Source: Stylophora pistillata
Taxonomy: Eukaryota
Reading direction: 5' to 3'
Assembly: GCF_002571385.2 (NCBI RefSeq)
Contig: NW_019217875.1
Location: forward strand, 512,520-576,519
DNA length: 64,000 nucleotides
Below, in pieces: positions 53,401-64,000 of the stretch (position 1 is its first letter; every line of letters begins with the position of its first letter). The notes below the pieces were generated by a model. It was not told the origin of the DNA and did no database searches. It saw only the letters and a program-made list of their open reading frames with translations. Both the position numbers and the translations under genes were made by a program.

Positions 53401-56400
53401 ATAAAGACAGGTCGGAGCTTACAACACATGATTACGTAATTAACACTATCAACAATACATGCACATTGCAGGTGGAGTATCAAACTTTACTGGCATAATG
53501 CTTAAATTTTTTACAGCGGCTGTTAAAAAATGCTGAACAATGCATCAGGTAGTGAGGCAAAATGGGTGAAAAAAAAAAAAAAAAGGCTTGTAAACTTCAA
53601 TTGGAGATTTTGCAAAGAATTTGTGAAAAACATGTCATGACAGGCAATACCTTCTGCCACACCCCATGGGTATACCCTGGCTCTCACTCTCTTTCCATTA
53701 ACTTCTAACACCGTGTTGCTACCAACCACGGCAAAAGGTATTCTGTCCTGTAAACAAAATAATATTATTCCATAACAATAAAGCACAAACACAAAATCCA
53801 AGTTACAGTGCAACTCAAAGGTAAGGGGACCCAAATTCACACAAAACTCGTATGGGACTTGTCCAAGACCAGAAGCAGACTAGTCTTGACAAACGAGCCA
53901 GATGCGTCTAGTACTAGTCCATCTGCCTAATTATGTTCGGAATGAAACAAGTTACCTGCATATCCAAGTGCAAGTATATGCTTCCCAAATCACATGGCAT
54001 TAAATTTGCACTTTTACAGACAAGAACAGCATCATGCAAGACTTCCTTTTCTGAGAGTTAATTGATACCTTCATACTGACAGCAGCTACATCATCATCAT
54101 CATCTCCTCCCAAGTCTGGAAATCTGTAAATTCCAATGTCATTTTCCTCTATTTCTTTAAGTATCTGACAATAAAATAGCAGTTTTTTTAAAATAATATT
54201 TCCATACAAGGCACTACAATAGAAGCAAAAAAAAATGACAGTTTCAAACCTGTTTTTTGAACTTGGTGCACTCATCATGGGTCAAAGTGTCAGCTTTTGC
54301 AATCACCGGTACAACATTCACCTAAAATAAGTAATTAGTTGAGTGGTTAACTTGTATCTTCTCCCTTTAATATCCATACATTATTAAGCAAACAGGTAAT
54401 GAGACTACACAGACTTATCAGGCAGAGGTTATCTTGATCTAACACAAAATTCTCGTAACTAATTACAAAGAAATATGCAGCAGCTAGAGGAAAGAATTAA
54501 CAATCAGATCATTGGAATTAAGGGGTCATGAGTCAAGGTGTAAATTAATGCAAAAGCTTGTCAGTGCAACAAAAGGTTACAAGCCCACCTTGTTATGAAG
54601 TCTTTTCATAAATTCTATATCCAAAGGTTTTAGACTGAAAAATGAAAATAGCAATGAATCTTAGATAGTCAAAGTCTCTTCACCACTGTGTCACTATTGC
54701 ATCAACATAGGTCAAAAGTTTTTCAAAATAAAAGGAAAAATAATTTGCAAAATGAACTAACCAGTGCCCTGTAGGAGCAATGAAGTACAAGCAACAGTGT
54801 ACTCTGTCATCTGGAAAAGGTGATCTAAACACTCTTGATTCTGCATTTAAATATTCTTCAAATTTGTTGTCTATGTACTCAATAATAGGTTTCCAGCTGA
54901 AAAAAAGGACAATCATGAGCAGTGTAAGAAGCTTCAGACCCTTTCTTTTCTTTTGATAATAATAGTACTGCAATAGAACACCTTTAAGTTAATAGAAAAA
55001 TCAGAATCTGCTGTGATTTACCAGTCCGTGTTGTCAACAGCATCTCCAAATCCTGGAGTATCAACAACTGTTAGTCTCAGTCGCACACCTCCCTCTTTCA
55101 TCTCGATTGTTGAAGGTTTTATCTACATTAAACAAAAAAACCATTCCAATCCAAAATTCCCAAATTTTAACTACAACACAGTTTTTTTCCCTCAGCAAGT
55201 CAATTATTGAAAAGCTGATGGAATAACTAACTTATATTAATTTTCAGGCTGTTTTATCCTTAAGTTTGCTTTGAGCAATTTTTTCTGCAAGAATAACAAA
55301 CAAAAATTTATCTTTTATTCCTAGTTTTCTCTTACTCCAAAAAAAAATGAAAGGAAAACTTCACTATACATTCTTCATCTAAAAGTAGAGAGAAACCAGG
55401 GGAAAACAAACAAACAATCACATTTCCCAATTAATTTGTAAATGTGGCTCACAAGTACAGATAAAGCAAACCGCAGCACATGTAAAAGAACCTTCTACAT
55501 TTTTTTTCATTGCCATAACAATTTTTAACACCATTTGCAGTATCCAATTACCAGTATTTTAACTTCTGGGTAGAGAGCAATTAACTCAAAATATTTTGCC
55601 AGGTATAGAGCAATCACTTACTGAAACAGTTTTGTTTAGTCTTTCCTCTACACTTGGATATGCAGCAGGTGTGTAGATATCAGTTAAAAACAGTGAATTG
55701 AGCAGTGTTGATTTCCCCAATCCACTTTCACCTAGAAAAAAAATATGGTTCTGTTAAAAATTTCAACCTCACAACAAAGCATCAACAAACAAGCAAAAAT
55801 ACACACACAGTGCCCCAAGGTATTACTCTGGGTCAAAAAACAAAAAAAAAAAAACTTGAAAATTATTTTTCTTCCTCTAACACCACAACACTGCTATCAC
55901 TTGACATTTCAATTCAATCTAAAGCCAAAGGATCAAGCGAGGCTGATATTGTTAACACTCACAAGACAGTTTCAAGAAAAGAGCTTTTGCCTACACTAAA
56001 ATGGTCAGTCAAATCTGGGATGTTGCTGATTATACTAATGTGGCAATTTGCCATTACAGTAAAACCTATATACCATATGATGCATATTCAATTACACCTG
56101 CCATGCAACTTAAAACTTTAAAAAAAAAAAGAGAATGAACTTTGACTCTTGTAAATGTCTAAGAATAAAAATATCTTGATATTGTTTTCATTACCACCAA
56201 CAAGTTAAAACACATCTGTTTTCTAAGCTAGATTATGGTAAAGCTTTTAACTGTAGAATGAAAGTAATAGCCTCTAGCTTTGCATGAATATTTATTAAGC
56301 AGCTTAGTACCCTTCCATGATTATACAATTCTGTAACCTGAGAAAAAAAACCCCCAAGTATTCTCATAATATCAAGTTCTTCCAATTATGTGAAAAAGAT

Positions 56401-59400
56401 TGATCTATTTGTGACCTAAAATGGTAAAGTACGATTATACTTCAACTACATGAGAAAAAAGCTGAATCTGTACATTTACAAGCAGTACCGAGCAAGACTC
56501 ATGTTTCTAAAACAAAAGAAAAAGCTCAAAATAACTTGATAATGTACAAGTCATGTAGTTATAAAGTACCACTTGAATTAATGTTCCTGAAAAGGAGACA
56601 GGCATTTAGGGCTAAATATAAGTAATAAATAATTCTTGCCAATGTGCTTGGCTGACAAGTTGGCAAACTGCAATATTTTGAATATCAACACGAACATTAT
56701 GGCAAATAATAAGAATAGGGAAGGGATAATATTTGGGTAGTTGCTGTAAAAATTACAACTTTGATCTTGGCTAACACTGTTAACAACTATCAACCAGACT
56801 GGAAATGATGAATCTTGCCATCACCACTGTGACAGTGATAAACAGTGAAAGCATAACAATTAGTAATTATAGGTCCCTCACAGAGGAAGTCAAACTCTAA
56901 GAAACCAATTGAAATCAAACCTCAATTTATACTTTGTATCAAGAACAGTTATTTATATAAAAAAAAAAAGCTCAGGATAGAGTTACAAAGTTAATTCTCA
57001 AATAAAATGCACTTTATATCACATTTCACCAAGCCTCTTCATAAATACAGTAAAAATGATTTTATCACAGATCCAATTTTTTTATGCAATCTTCTCTATT
57101 ACTAAAAGCTGATGAAAAGGAACACCACAAACTCAAAAATTCACAATTTACGACATGGTGACATTTACAACTTAAAAAAATTTAAACCATACCTAAATTG
57201 AAAACAACGCAAAAAAAAAAAGAGTCCGAAGAAAACCAAATAAATAATATCATTGTCAAATATTGAACATATTCTTGGGAAGGTTTTGAAGTGAAAAGTT
57301 ATGAGGAGAAACCAGCTGTTAGTTAGCATCACCTTCATGTGCAGTTAATGAAAAAAAAAAAAAACCCAAAACCCTTTTGGAAGCTTATAATCTGTTGCTG
57401 TAAAACTGACATTCCCAGCTCAAAATAATTTACAACGAAATACTAAATTCCAAATCTAAAGATTTTGGTGCTGCTTGAATAAATATCATTAAAACCTCAA
57501 AACATAATTGGGCATTATGTTTCCGCAATCAAATACACAAGTCTAGTAACAGTCACCTGTGGCAAAAATTAACATTGACTAAAATTTGACAAACATTTTG
57601 AACTTGCTTTATATGTGGAATTTGAAAGTTCAGCATATTAAAACCAATTTCACAATTTTAGGAAAGCTACAATTAACAGCAGTGGTAAAGGGACTGCAGT
57701 AACAATGCCACAATAGAGTGGCTGACCACAAAAGATGGGTGGACACGTACCAAAGGAAGTACTGCAAAGTAATCTCAAGGTAAAACAATAGTGATAAAGC
57801 CTGCTGGTAAATTCAAGCTTCAAGGATTCCCACAGAGATGCAATTTGCAAAGAGATGAATAGAACAATTTTTCATAGTTACACATCCTTCTTGCAAAAGT
57901 TACAAGATGGATCTTACCTAAATTTTGTGGAAGGTATGAAAATAAATGAAAGGCCCCCTTGAGTAACCTTGCTTACTCACACAATAAACATTTCTTGACA
58001 AGAATTTCAATTAGTACTTTGAGGAAATGACATGTTTTATAAAGAAAAATATTTGGACAACTAGTGGTAATCTCTTGCTGCCACAAATGCCATAGCAAAG
58101 TACATTTATGGCCATGGTGGTCGGACGAAAAACAAAATAATCACCCATGGTTCAGTAGAGCTTCTTACATCTGTTTTAGTTTGAATCACACGTGGAGATT
58201 TTGCACCTGATTCTATTTCGTTTTGAAGAAAGTAATCAATTTACAAGCAGATGTTAAATTCTAACAGAAATTCACGAGACAATCGTTTTCAAAGGCAATT
58301 AAATTGTCAAAATATGCAAATTATATTGGGAATAGAGTTGGATTTCTACTGGGTCATTACAAAAGAAAAGTTTCGACTAGTTGACTAAATCTACGTCCCG
58401 CAAAGAGGATTAAAAATGCATCTAGAATTAAGTGACATTTCACGAAACAAAAATCCGTGACAAAAATAATTCTTCAATTGAAAACAACAGATACCGAAGA
58501 CAAGAAAACACTAGACATGGTCATCAAGCAAAAAAAAATTATAATGATGATTAATAGTTAAACTATTGTTCGATCTAGCACAAGTCTTAAATTTACAACT
58601 TGAAGTGCCGTCTTGTCAAAGCGAACATATTCATCTGACACGAAAATAATGAAAATTCCATATACCTTCGAAAATGTTTCATCGCTAAGCTGAAATCTAA
58701 GATAAGAGTCATTGGCGCCTCTTGATTCTTATCAATGAATGAAAGTTGACCTCAAGAGCCTAGAGAATGTTTTTAAGGAATCACGCACACAAAGTGAGTG
58801 GGTTAAAACACATGAAAGTGAAATTCATATGAATTTTTACACACAAGGTATCGCCTTTTCGTGCGATATTTCTTGTTTACTTTTTTTTCGGTTTCGTTCC
58901 GTGATAACCTGCATGTAAATTGTATGATGTATCTATACAAACGCTCTCAAGATCGGCTGTCGAATAATAATATTCACTTATAAATTAACAGGAAATTGTA
59001 GAGCTGGTGAAGCAAAACCACGATCGAGTCATACGCTGGTTATATTAAATATAATGACACGAATTTCCTGATTCACGTTTAACAGCAAATCAGTTGGTGA
59101 CAAAGAGAAATGATTTTCTTTTGACAGCGTAATCTACGAGTCTTCATCGAACAGTAGCGAAACAATGGCTAAAAAACTGGAACGTTCTCCGTCAAGTGAA
59201 ATATGTGTCTCGTGTCTTCTCACGCCATGCCGTAAAACATGCCGGGTTCATACTCTGCGCGAGATTCCCTCAAAAATTTTACAAAATTACACGGTGCACA
59301 TTAGGTTTTACTCAATTCCTTCTAAGTAGAGCAGAAGAAGGCAGTGAAATGTGTTCAAATTAATTTATTCGAACACATTAATCTTCCGTAATTTCAGTAG

Positions 59401-59656
59401 TAAGCATGTTACCTACCAACCACCATTACAGTGAATTCGAATCCTTTCTTGACACTCTTGCGAAAAACTTGGTTTGGAAGATTAGCAAACCCAACGTAGC
59501 CTTCCATACCTTTGGCGCTCTGTGCAGTAGAAAACATACATGCCTGTTGTTTAGGAGAGTCAAATTGCAAGATTGTTATCTGAAAGCAATTCGGAATCGA
59601 CAAGCAGTACTCACCGCTTTTGACGTGAACGAATATTTTTTGATCGAAGCCATCAT
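47462..59656 (-). CDS. SEPTIN7: Septin, SEPT7 group, about 452 aa, 14 exons
   Basis: Exons (minus) 59656-59615, 59519-59417, 55731-55622, 55122-55022, 54896-54762, 54634-54589, 54321-54250, 54164-54069, 53747-53651, 53276-53225, 52231-52118, 51724-51574, 51423-51257, 47534-47462 (1359 nt). [11 protein letters not shown]-loop [34 protein letters not shown]; SEPT7-type coiled coil [17 protein letters not shown] and tail KKKGFF. The first exon is the least certain. Confidence 0.92.
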
Positions 59657-59949
59657 GAGTAGACAGAAAGTCCGTTCACCAAGGAAAAAAGACAGAAATT
59701 GGATACGAATGAGTATGACAAGAAGCTATACGTTATAAATAAATGATAAAATTGTAAACCAGTTTTTGAAGACTGCGCCTCAACCCACAGTAGCGGTCAA
59801 AGCAAAATATGAGACCCAGCTCTCTCCTGCGACCGATACGCCGCAACATCGATCGTTTGCCTGTCCAAACTCAAAGGAACGCCCACAATGCAAAAAATAT
59901 TGCAAGTATTTACCACTTAAACGACTAAATATTACTAACCCATCGCTGG

Positions 59950-60150
59950 AAGGCAAATTTTCCGCTCTACAAACTCTCAAACTTCTCACAAAACACAACA
60001 CGCCTTCTTCTGATCGACTTCTGGATTTGTCGCGCGCGCGCGTCTTTACGCATGCTCATAATGCAAAGGCTTTGTTGAGAACCGGAAGTGAAGTGAGCGC
60101 AAAGTTGCGCCGTGAATTTCCTCAGAATGTCACGTACAATAATGAGTTCT
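59950..60150. promoter_or_regulatory. Likely septin promoter segment
   Basis: CpG-rich, with a (CG)n run near 60032 and an ETS/GABP consensus ACCGGAAGTG at 60081-60090, upstream of the septin first exon. Confidence 0.45.
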
Positions 60151-62580
60151 GAGGTTAAGAATCCCTTCTATATTGACAAATCGTCGTCGAGTTTTCACGT
60201 CTAACCTCTGTTAGGTGAAGGAAAACGGTTTAATTTTTTTTGGAAATATCATCCACTTGTTGCGCGTCCCTTCTGAGGCGGCTAGGTGCAGGTGTTTTCA
60301 CCGGCTGGCAATGAATAAATTTATTTAAGGCTTCGAGGCCGGAAACAAAGCTTTTTTCGTAAACAAAGACAATTCCATGCAACTTTGGAGAGTTTTCTCG
60401 TCATAGATAAGACCTAAGAGGTCTAACAGAGACAAAATTATCGAAAAAAAAAAAAAAAAACAAGCATAGAGAGAAACCTGGTCCTCCTTGAGGACTAGAA
60501 TGCCGCCTTACGACAAAACATAAATCATTCAAACATTTAGTTGTCAGGTGTGGCTACTATTGTTGTTCAGAAACTTCGAGGATTTCATTGATAAAACTTC
60601 TCACCGCACCCTAATATTTGCATGGTTTCCAGTTCCAACCGGGCGAATGCCCCCATGAGGTACGAGGTCACTCGCATCCATAAATTCAACTTTTCAAAAA
60701 TCTCCTATTAAGGGACTCTAATAAAACTTAGAAAAACTTTAACCATAGTGTCAGTCATATGAGATCACGAAGCTAAGTTAAGCAAGCGATCTGTAATAAA
60801 GATTATGCCTACTGACCTTAGCCACCGTGATCGTGAGGGATCGTCCATCAGGGGTGTGGGTATAAAAAATCCTATTATATGTCATGAGCCCGCCTTGAGC
60901 CCTCATAGAATCTTGTCATGCAACTAGCATTTCTCAATCTTTTTTCGAATTATGCTCAAAATTATGCCCGTTTTTTAAGATTATACGACTTTTTCTTAAA
61001 TCAAGTAGAGTGCTTTTCAAAACAGAAACACAAAAAAAGTCTAAATTATACATTTATTGTTGATAATCGTGCAAAAAAAATCTTCTTTATTTTGAGTTGA
61101 TACTTGTTCAGATATAACACAATTAACTACTGGACTCAATCCAGACTAGAAGCGGTGACTTAATGAGTCAAAATCTATGACATTCGCGTCACGTTTCTCT
61201 TGAAGGCCAATTTTTTGCCAGCGAAAGAAGGAGTGGGACAAGCGCAATGTTTACTTCCGGCGTGCCCAGTCCTCTGGATTGACGAACTGAATCATAGACC
61301 GAACATGAAAATAATCAATTTTTAGAGATCAAACATGTAATGTCGTGGTGACAAAAGAGTAAAAAAAATACGCTGATTATGCTAGCAGTGCTACTTTTAC
61401 AACAAGAACAAAAAATTATGCTCGTTTTCCAAATTATGCCTAAAATCATGCTAGCGCAATCACTATACCATTCAAATTCTACCGGAGCGACCGATGAGCA
61501 ACAAAATTAAGTCACGGGGTCCGTGCATGAAACCACCATTTATCAAATTGTCATTTCATAAATCCCAATTCTCTTATATTACCAGTTACTCGCCTGCCGT
61601 GCGTTGTGACTGTGGTAAGTTTAAGCAATGACGCTCGCGGGGGCGAAAAAACGGCATTACAGAGTTCTGCTTGTTGTCGTTTTTCCCAAAATCACTAATT
61701 TATCCCCATAGAAATTAGCGAAAACTATTTTGGTCGCGGACACTGTCAGTATGTATCAGCATATTCAGCTGTTTAGCGTACAAACGACTGACAATGAGAA
61801 GAACCAATTTTCTGTTTAGACACTTACTCATCTAGACGTCACGCTTAACTCCTCTTGTATTACAAGGTTATTTTCGCATTTTTTATCCCAATTTACAGAA
61901 CAGATTTTGCTTAAAAGTTTATCACCTTTTTTTTTTAACCTTTTCTCATTGTTTCAGACTGTTGTCACCCTCTACAAAAGCAACATTCTACTGAGGAAAC
62001 AAAGTCAAGTAAGCCGTGGTATGTAAAATCCTTTTAATGGATTATCGTATAAGCCGGATGTTTCTTTCGATTGATCTGCGGTACTAGGAGATCCCAAACT
62101 GATTAAATCATAAAGAGGAAAAGAGAGCGGTCTTAGTTACAAAAACCGGAAGTCTTTAGGCTTTTCTGCTGTTGTTTCTCGTCTCCCGTTGCACTAGCAA
62201 ATCTCTTTATCTTAGGGCTTCCATCTTACAGTTTAGAGCTCATCTCAAATTCTCAATTCAATGTTGTAAAACCAAAACAAAAGTCGTCACACCGGGCAAT
62301 CAAATATCACAACGCCAAGGAGCCCACGGCAGAAACAAGCAAACTGCCAAAAGCTCGCCAAAAACGCGGGAAAACACAGGTGATCTAGTCGCCAAAATTC
62401 GAGCTTAGGGCGCTTTATTTGTAATCTCGAATAAAGTGGAGTGTGTACTTGTGAAGGAGGTTTACGCCAATATTGGAAGAAAAATAGCAAGAGGTTGAGT
62501 GATCAGAAAAGCGCGCGCCAGCCGAAAGGGCCTAATAAGGACTCATACATACATACATATACATACACCATTCCCTGACA

Positions 62581-63030
62581 CCGCCGCCCAGTTAGCCCAA
62601 TGGATAGTGCGCTGGACTGTTGTGTAGGAGGTCGAGGGTTCAAGCCCCGGCCGGACCAATACTCAAGGTCTTAAAATAAATGAGAAGAATTTGCTACCTT
62701 TCTATAACAACAAGAAATGGTTAGATATTCTAGTCTTCTCGGATAGGGACGAATAAAAGGAGGTCCCGTCTCCTGCAGGGTTAGGGTAGGAGACGTTTTA
62801 AAAATTCTTAAATTCTTAAATACATGAGTTGACCACTCCCCATGGGGCTTTTCTCATGCGTGGGAAATTAACGTCTCCTACCCCTAACCCTGCAGGAGAC
62901 GGGGCCTACGGTTTATTCGTCCCTATCCGAGAACACTAGAACATCTATCCATTTCTTGATTATAGAAAGATAGCAAATTCTCCTCACCATGAGTATCGGT
63001 CCGGCCGATACTCATGGTCTTAAAATAACT
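62581..63030. mobile_element. Same SINE family: a forward copy plus an inverted partial copy
   Basis: Forward head at 62581 (TAGCCCAATGG, GGTTCAAGCCC) and core to about 62798; inverted core at 62870-62986. Confidence 0.75.
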
Positions 63031-63099
63031 TTGTCCTTAGTAGACTCATACCCAGTCTTCTAAGGACAAAGTTGACTGTCGCCATCTTTCATTCCGACA

Positions 63100-63450
63100 A
63101 TGCTTCCATACAGTAGAAAATACATTTTTTCTCTCCCCAATTTGACTGGGAATTATATAAAACTTCGAAGAGCTTCTGCATCTTCTTTTCTCAAATTGCC
63201 CACCCTGTTTGGCTCGAAAAAGGGTGCTCAACAGGAACAAACTACTGCCCTTCAACAAGGAACGCCTGGTACATCTGAATACTACGTCCCTCGAAAATTC
63301 GTCCCTATGACCAGAAAAGCACTCATAAGGCGAATAGTAGAAGATGAAAACCTGATAAACTCAAACGACAGAAGTTACTTTCAAAATCTTGCTGTTAACT
63401 TGGACAATGCCATAGCTGGGACGTTCCACGGAGTTCTTGGGGAGTTAAAG
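63100..63450 (+). CDS. TMEM143: Probable TMEM143-like protein, first large coding exon; the gene continues past the right edge
   Basis: ORF ends at a donor AAG|GTTAGT (63450). RKFVPMTRKALIRRIVED..FQNLAVNLDNAIAGTFHGVLGELK resembles the remembered TMEM143 segment RERFIPFSKEQLLRLLI..FHYHQILARLQ. The first ~40 aa are basic and lack acidic residues, like a mitochondrial presequence. Possible upstream exons at 61586-61614 and 61958-62018; true start uncertain. Confidence 0.55.
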
Positions 63451-64000
63451 GTTAGTCACCGCACTAATCACCATCCGTTAAGCTTAAAGCCATTGCAACT
63501 GAGACATCAGAAGTGAAGATACGTCCCGGTAAAGGGTTGGTCGACCTTAGGGAGTGAAAAGGAAGAAAATTACAAATTTCAATTTGTCTAGGCCACGTAA
63601 GGTTGCAACGGCAGGGTAGTCAGCAGGTACTGGCCCCTTTAGCTGCGGACCAGCGTTGGACAACTGGCACCACAAAAACTACACCAGCAGACTTCCCTGA
63701 CATGCCCTGATTTCCATAACCTCTTCCAGTCCAACATGAAAGGAAGCTCAACCCTACACAGTGGCACAAGTCCTTGTGGGGGAGTACCCAGTAAGATAAT
63801 TCACATTCACCTACCGTTTGACCCTCTTATAAGGAAAAGCCATAAAGCAATGGAGCAAGCAGTCCTTATCAGGGAATCAGGATAATAAATTGGGAATAGA
63901 ATCAAAAAGGGGTTTAACCTCTTAAATAATTTTGTGCACTTGTCACCTTATTTAATGCCCAACCTTGAAATTTTTCAATTCATTTTGCCATAGATTTAAT

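Noticed and set aside
63520-63800. GC-richer stretch that may be a LINE 5' region
   Set aside because: No ORF or clear termini visible; cannot be supported without a repeat-library search.

Overview
Eukaryotic, intron-rich, AT-rich genomic DNA. The repeat landscape and the protein sequences point to a cnidarian, probably a stony coral (inference). I reconstructed seven spliced protein-coding genes by hand, checking exon phases: MTBP (minus strand, runs off the left edge), NPEPL1 (+), NDUFV2 (+), PMS2 (-), a NECAB-family EF-hand/ABM gene (+), SEPTIN7 (-) and the first coding exon of a probable TMEM143 (+). Six of them form three head-to-head pairs. Introns and spacers are crowded with non-autonomous DNA transposons, tRNA-derived SINEs and one LINE 3' fragment. 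I found no CRISPR array, rRNA or prokaryote-type system, and nothing I can call a new biological system with confidence. The most notable observations are: a probable U12-type (minor spliceosome) intron in MTBP; only 96 bp between the PMS2 and NECAB start codons; a 4-exon PMS2 that keeps 3 introns at vertebrate positions; and two copies of one MITE whose CpG decay differs between gene body and intergenic DNA. Most short ORFs in the supplied track are spurious.
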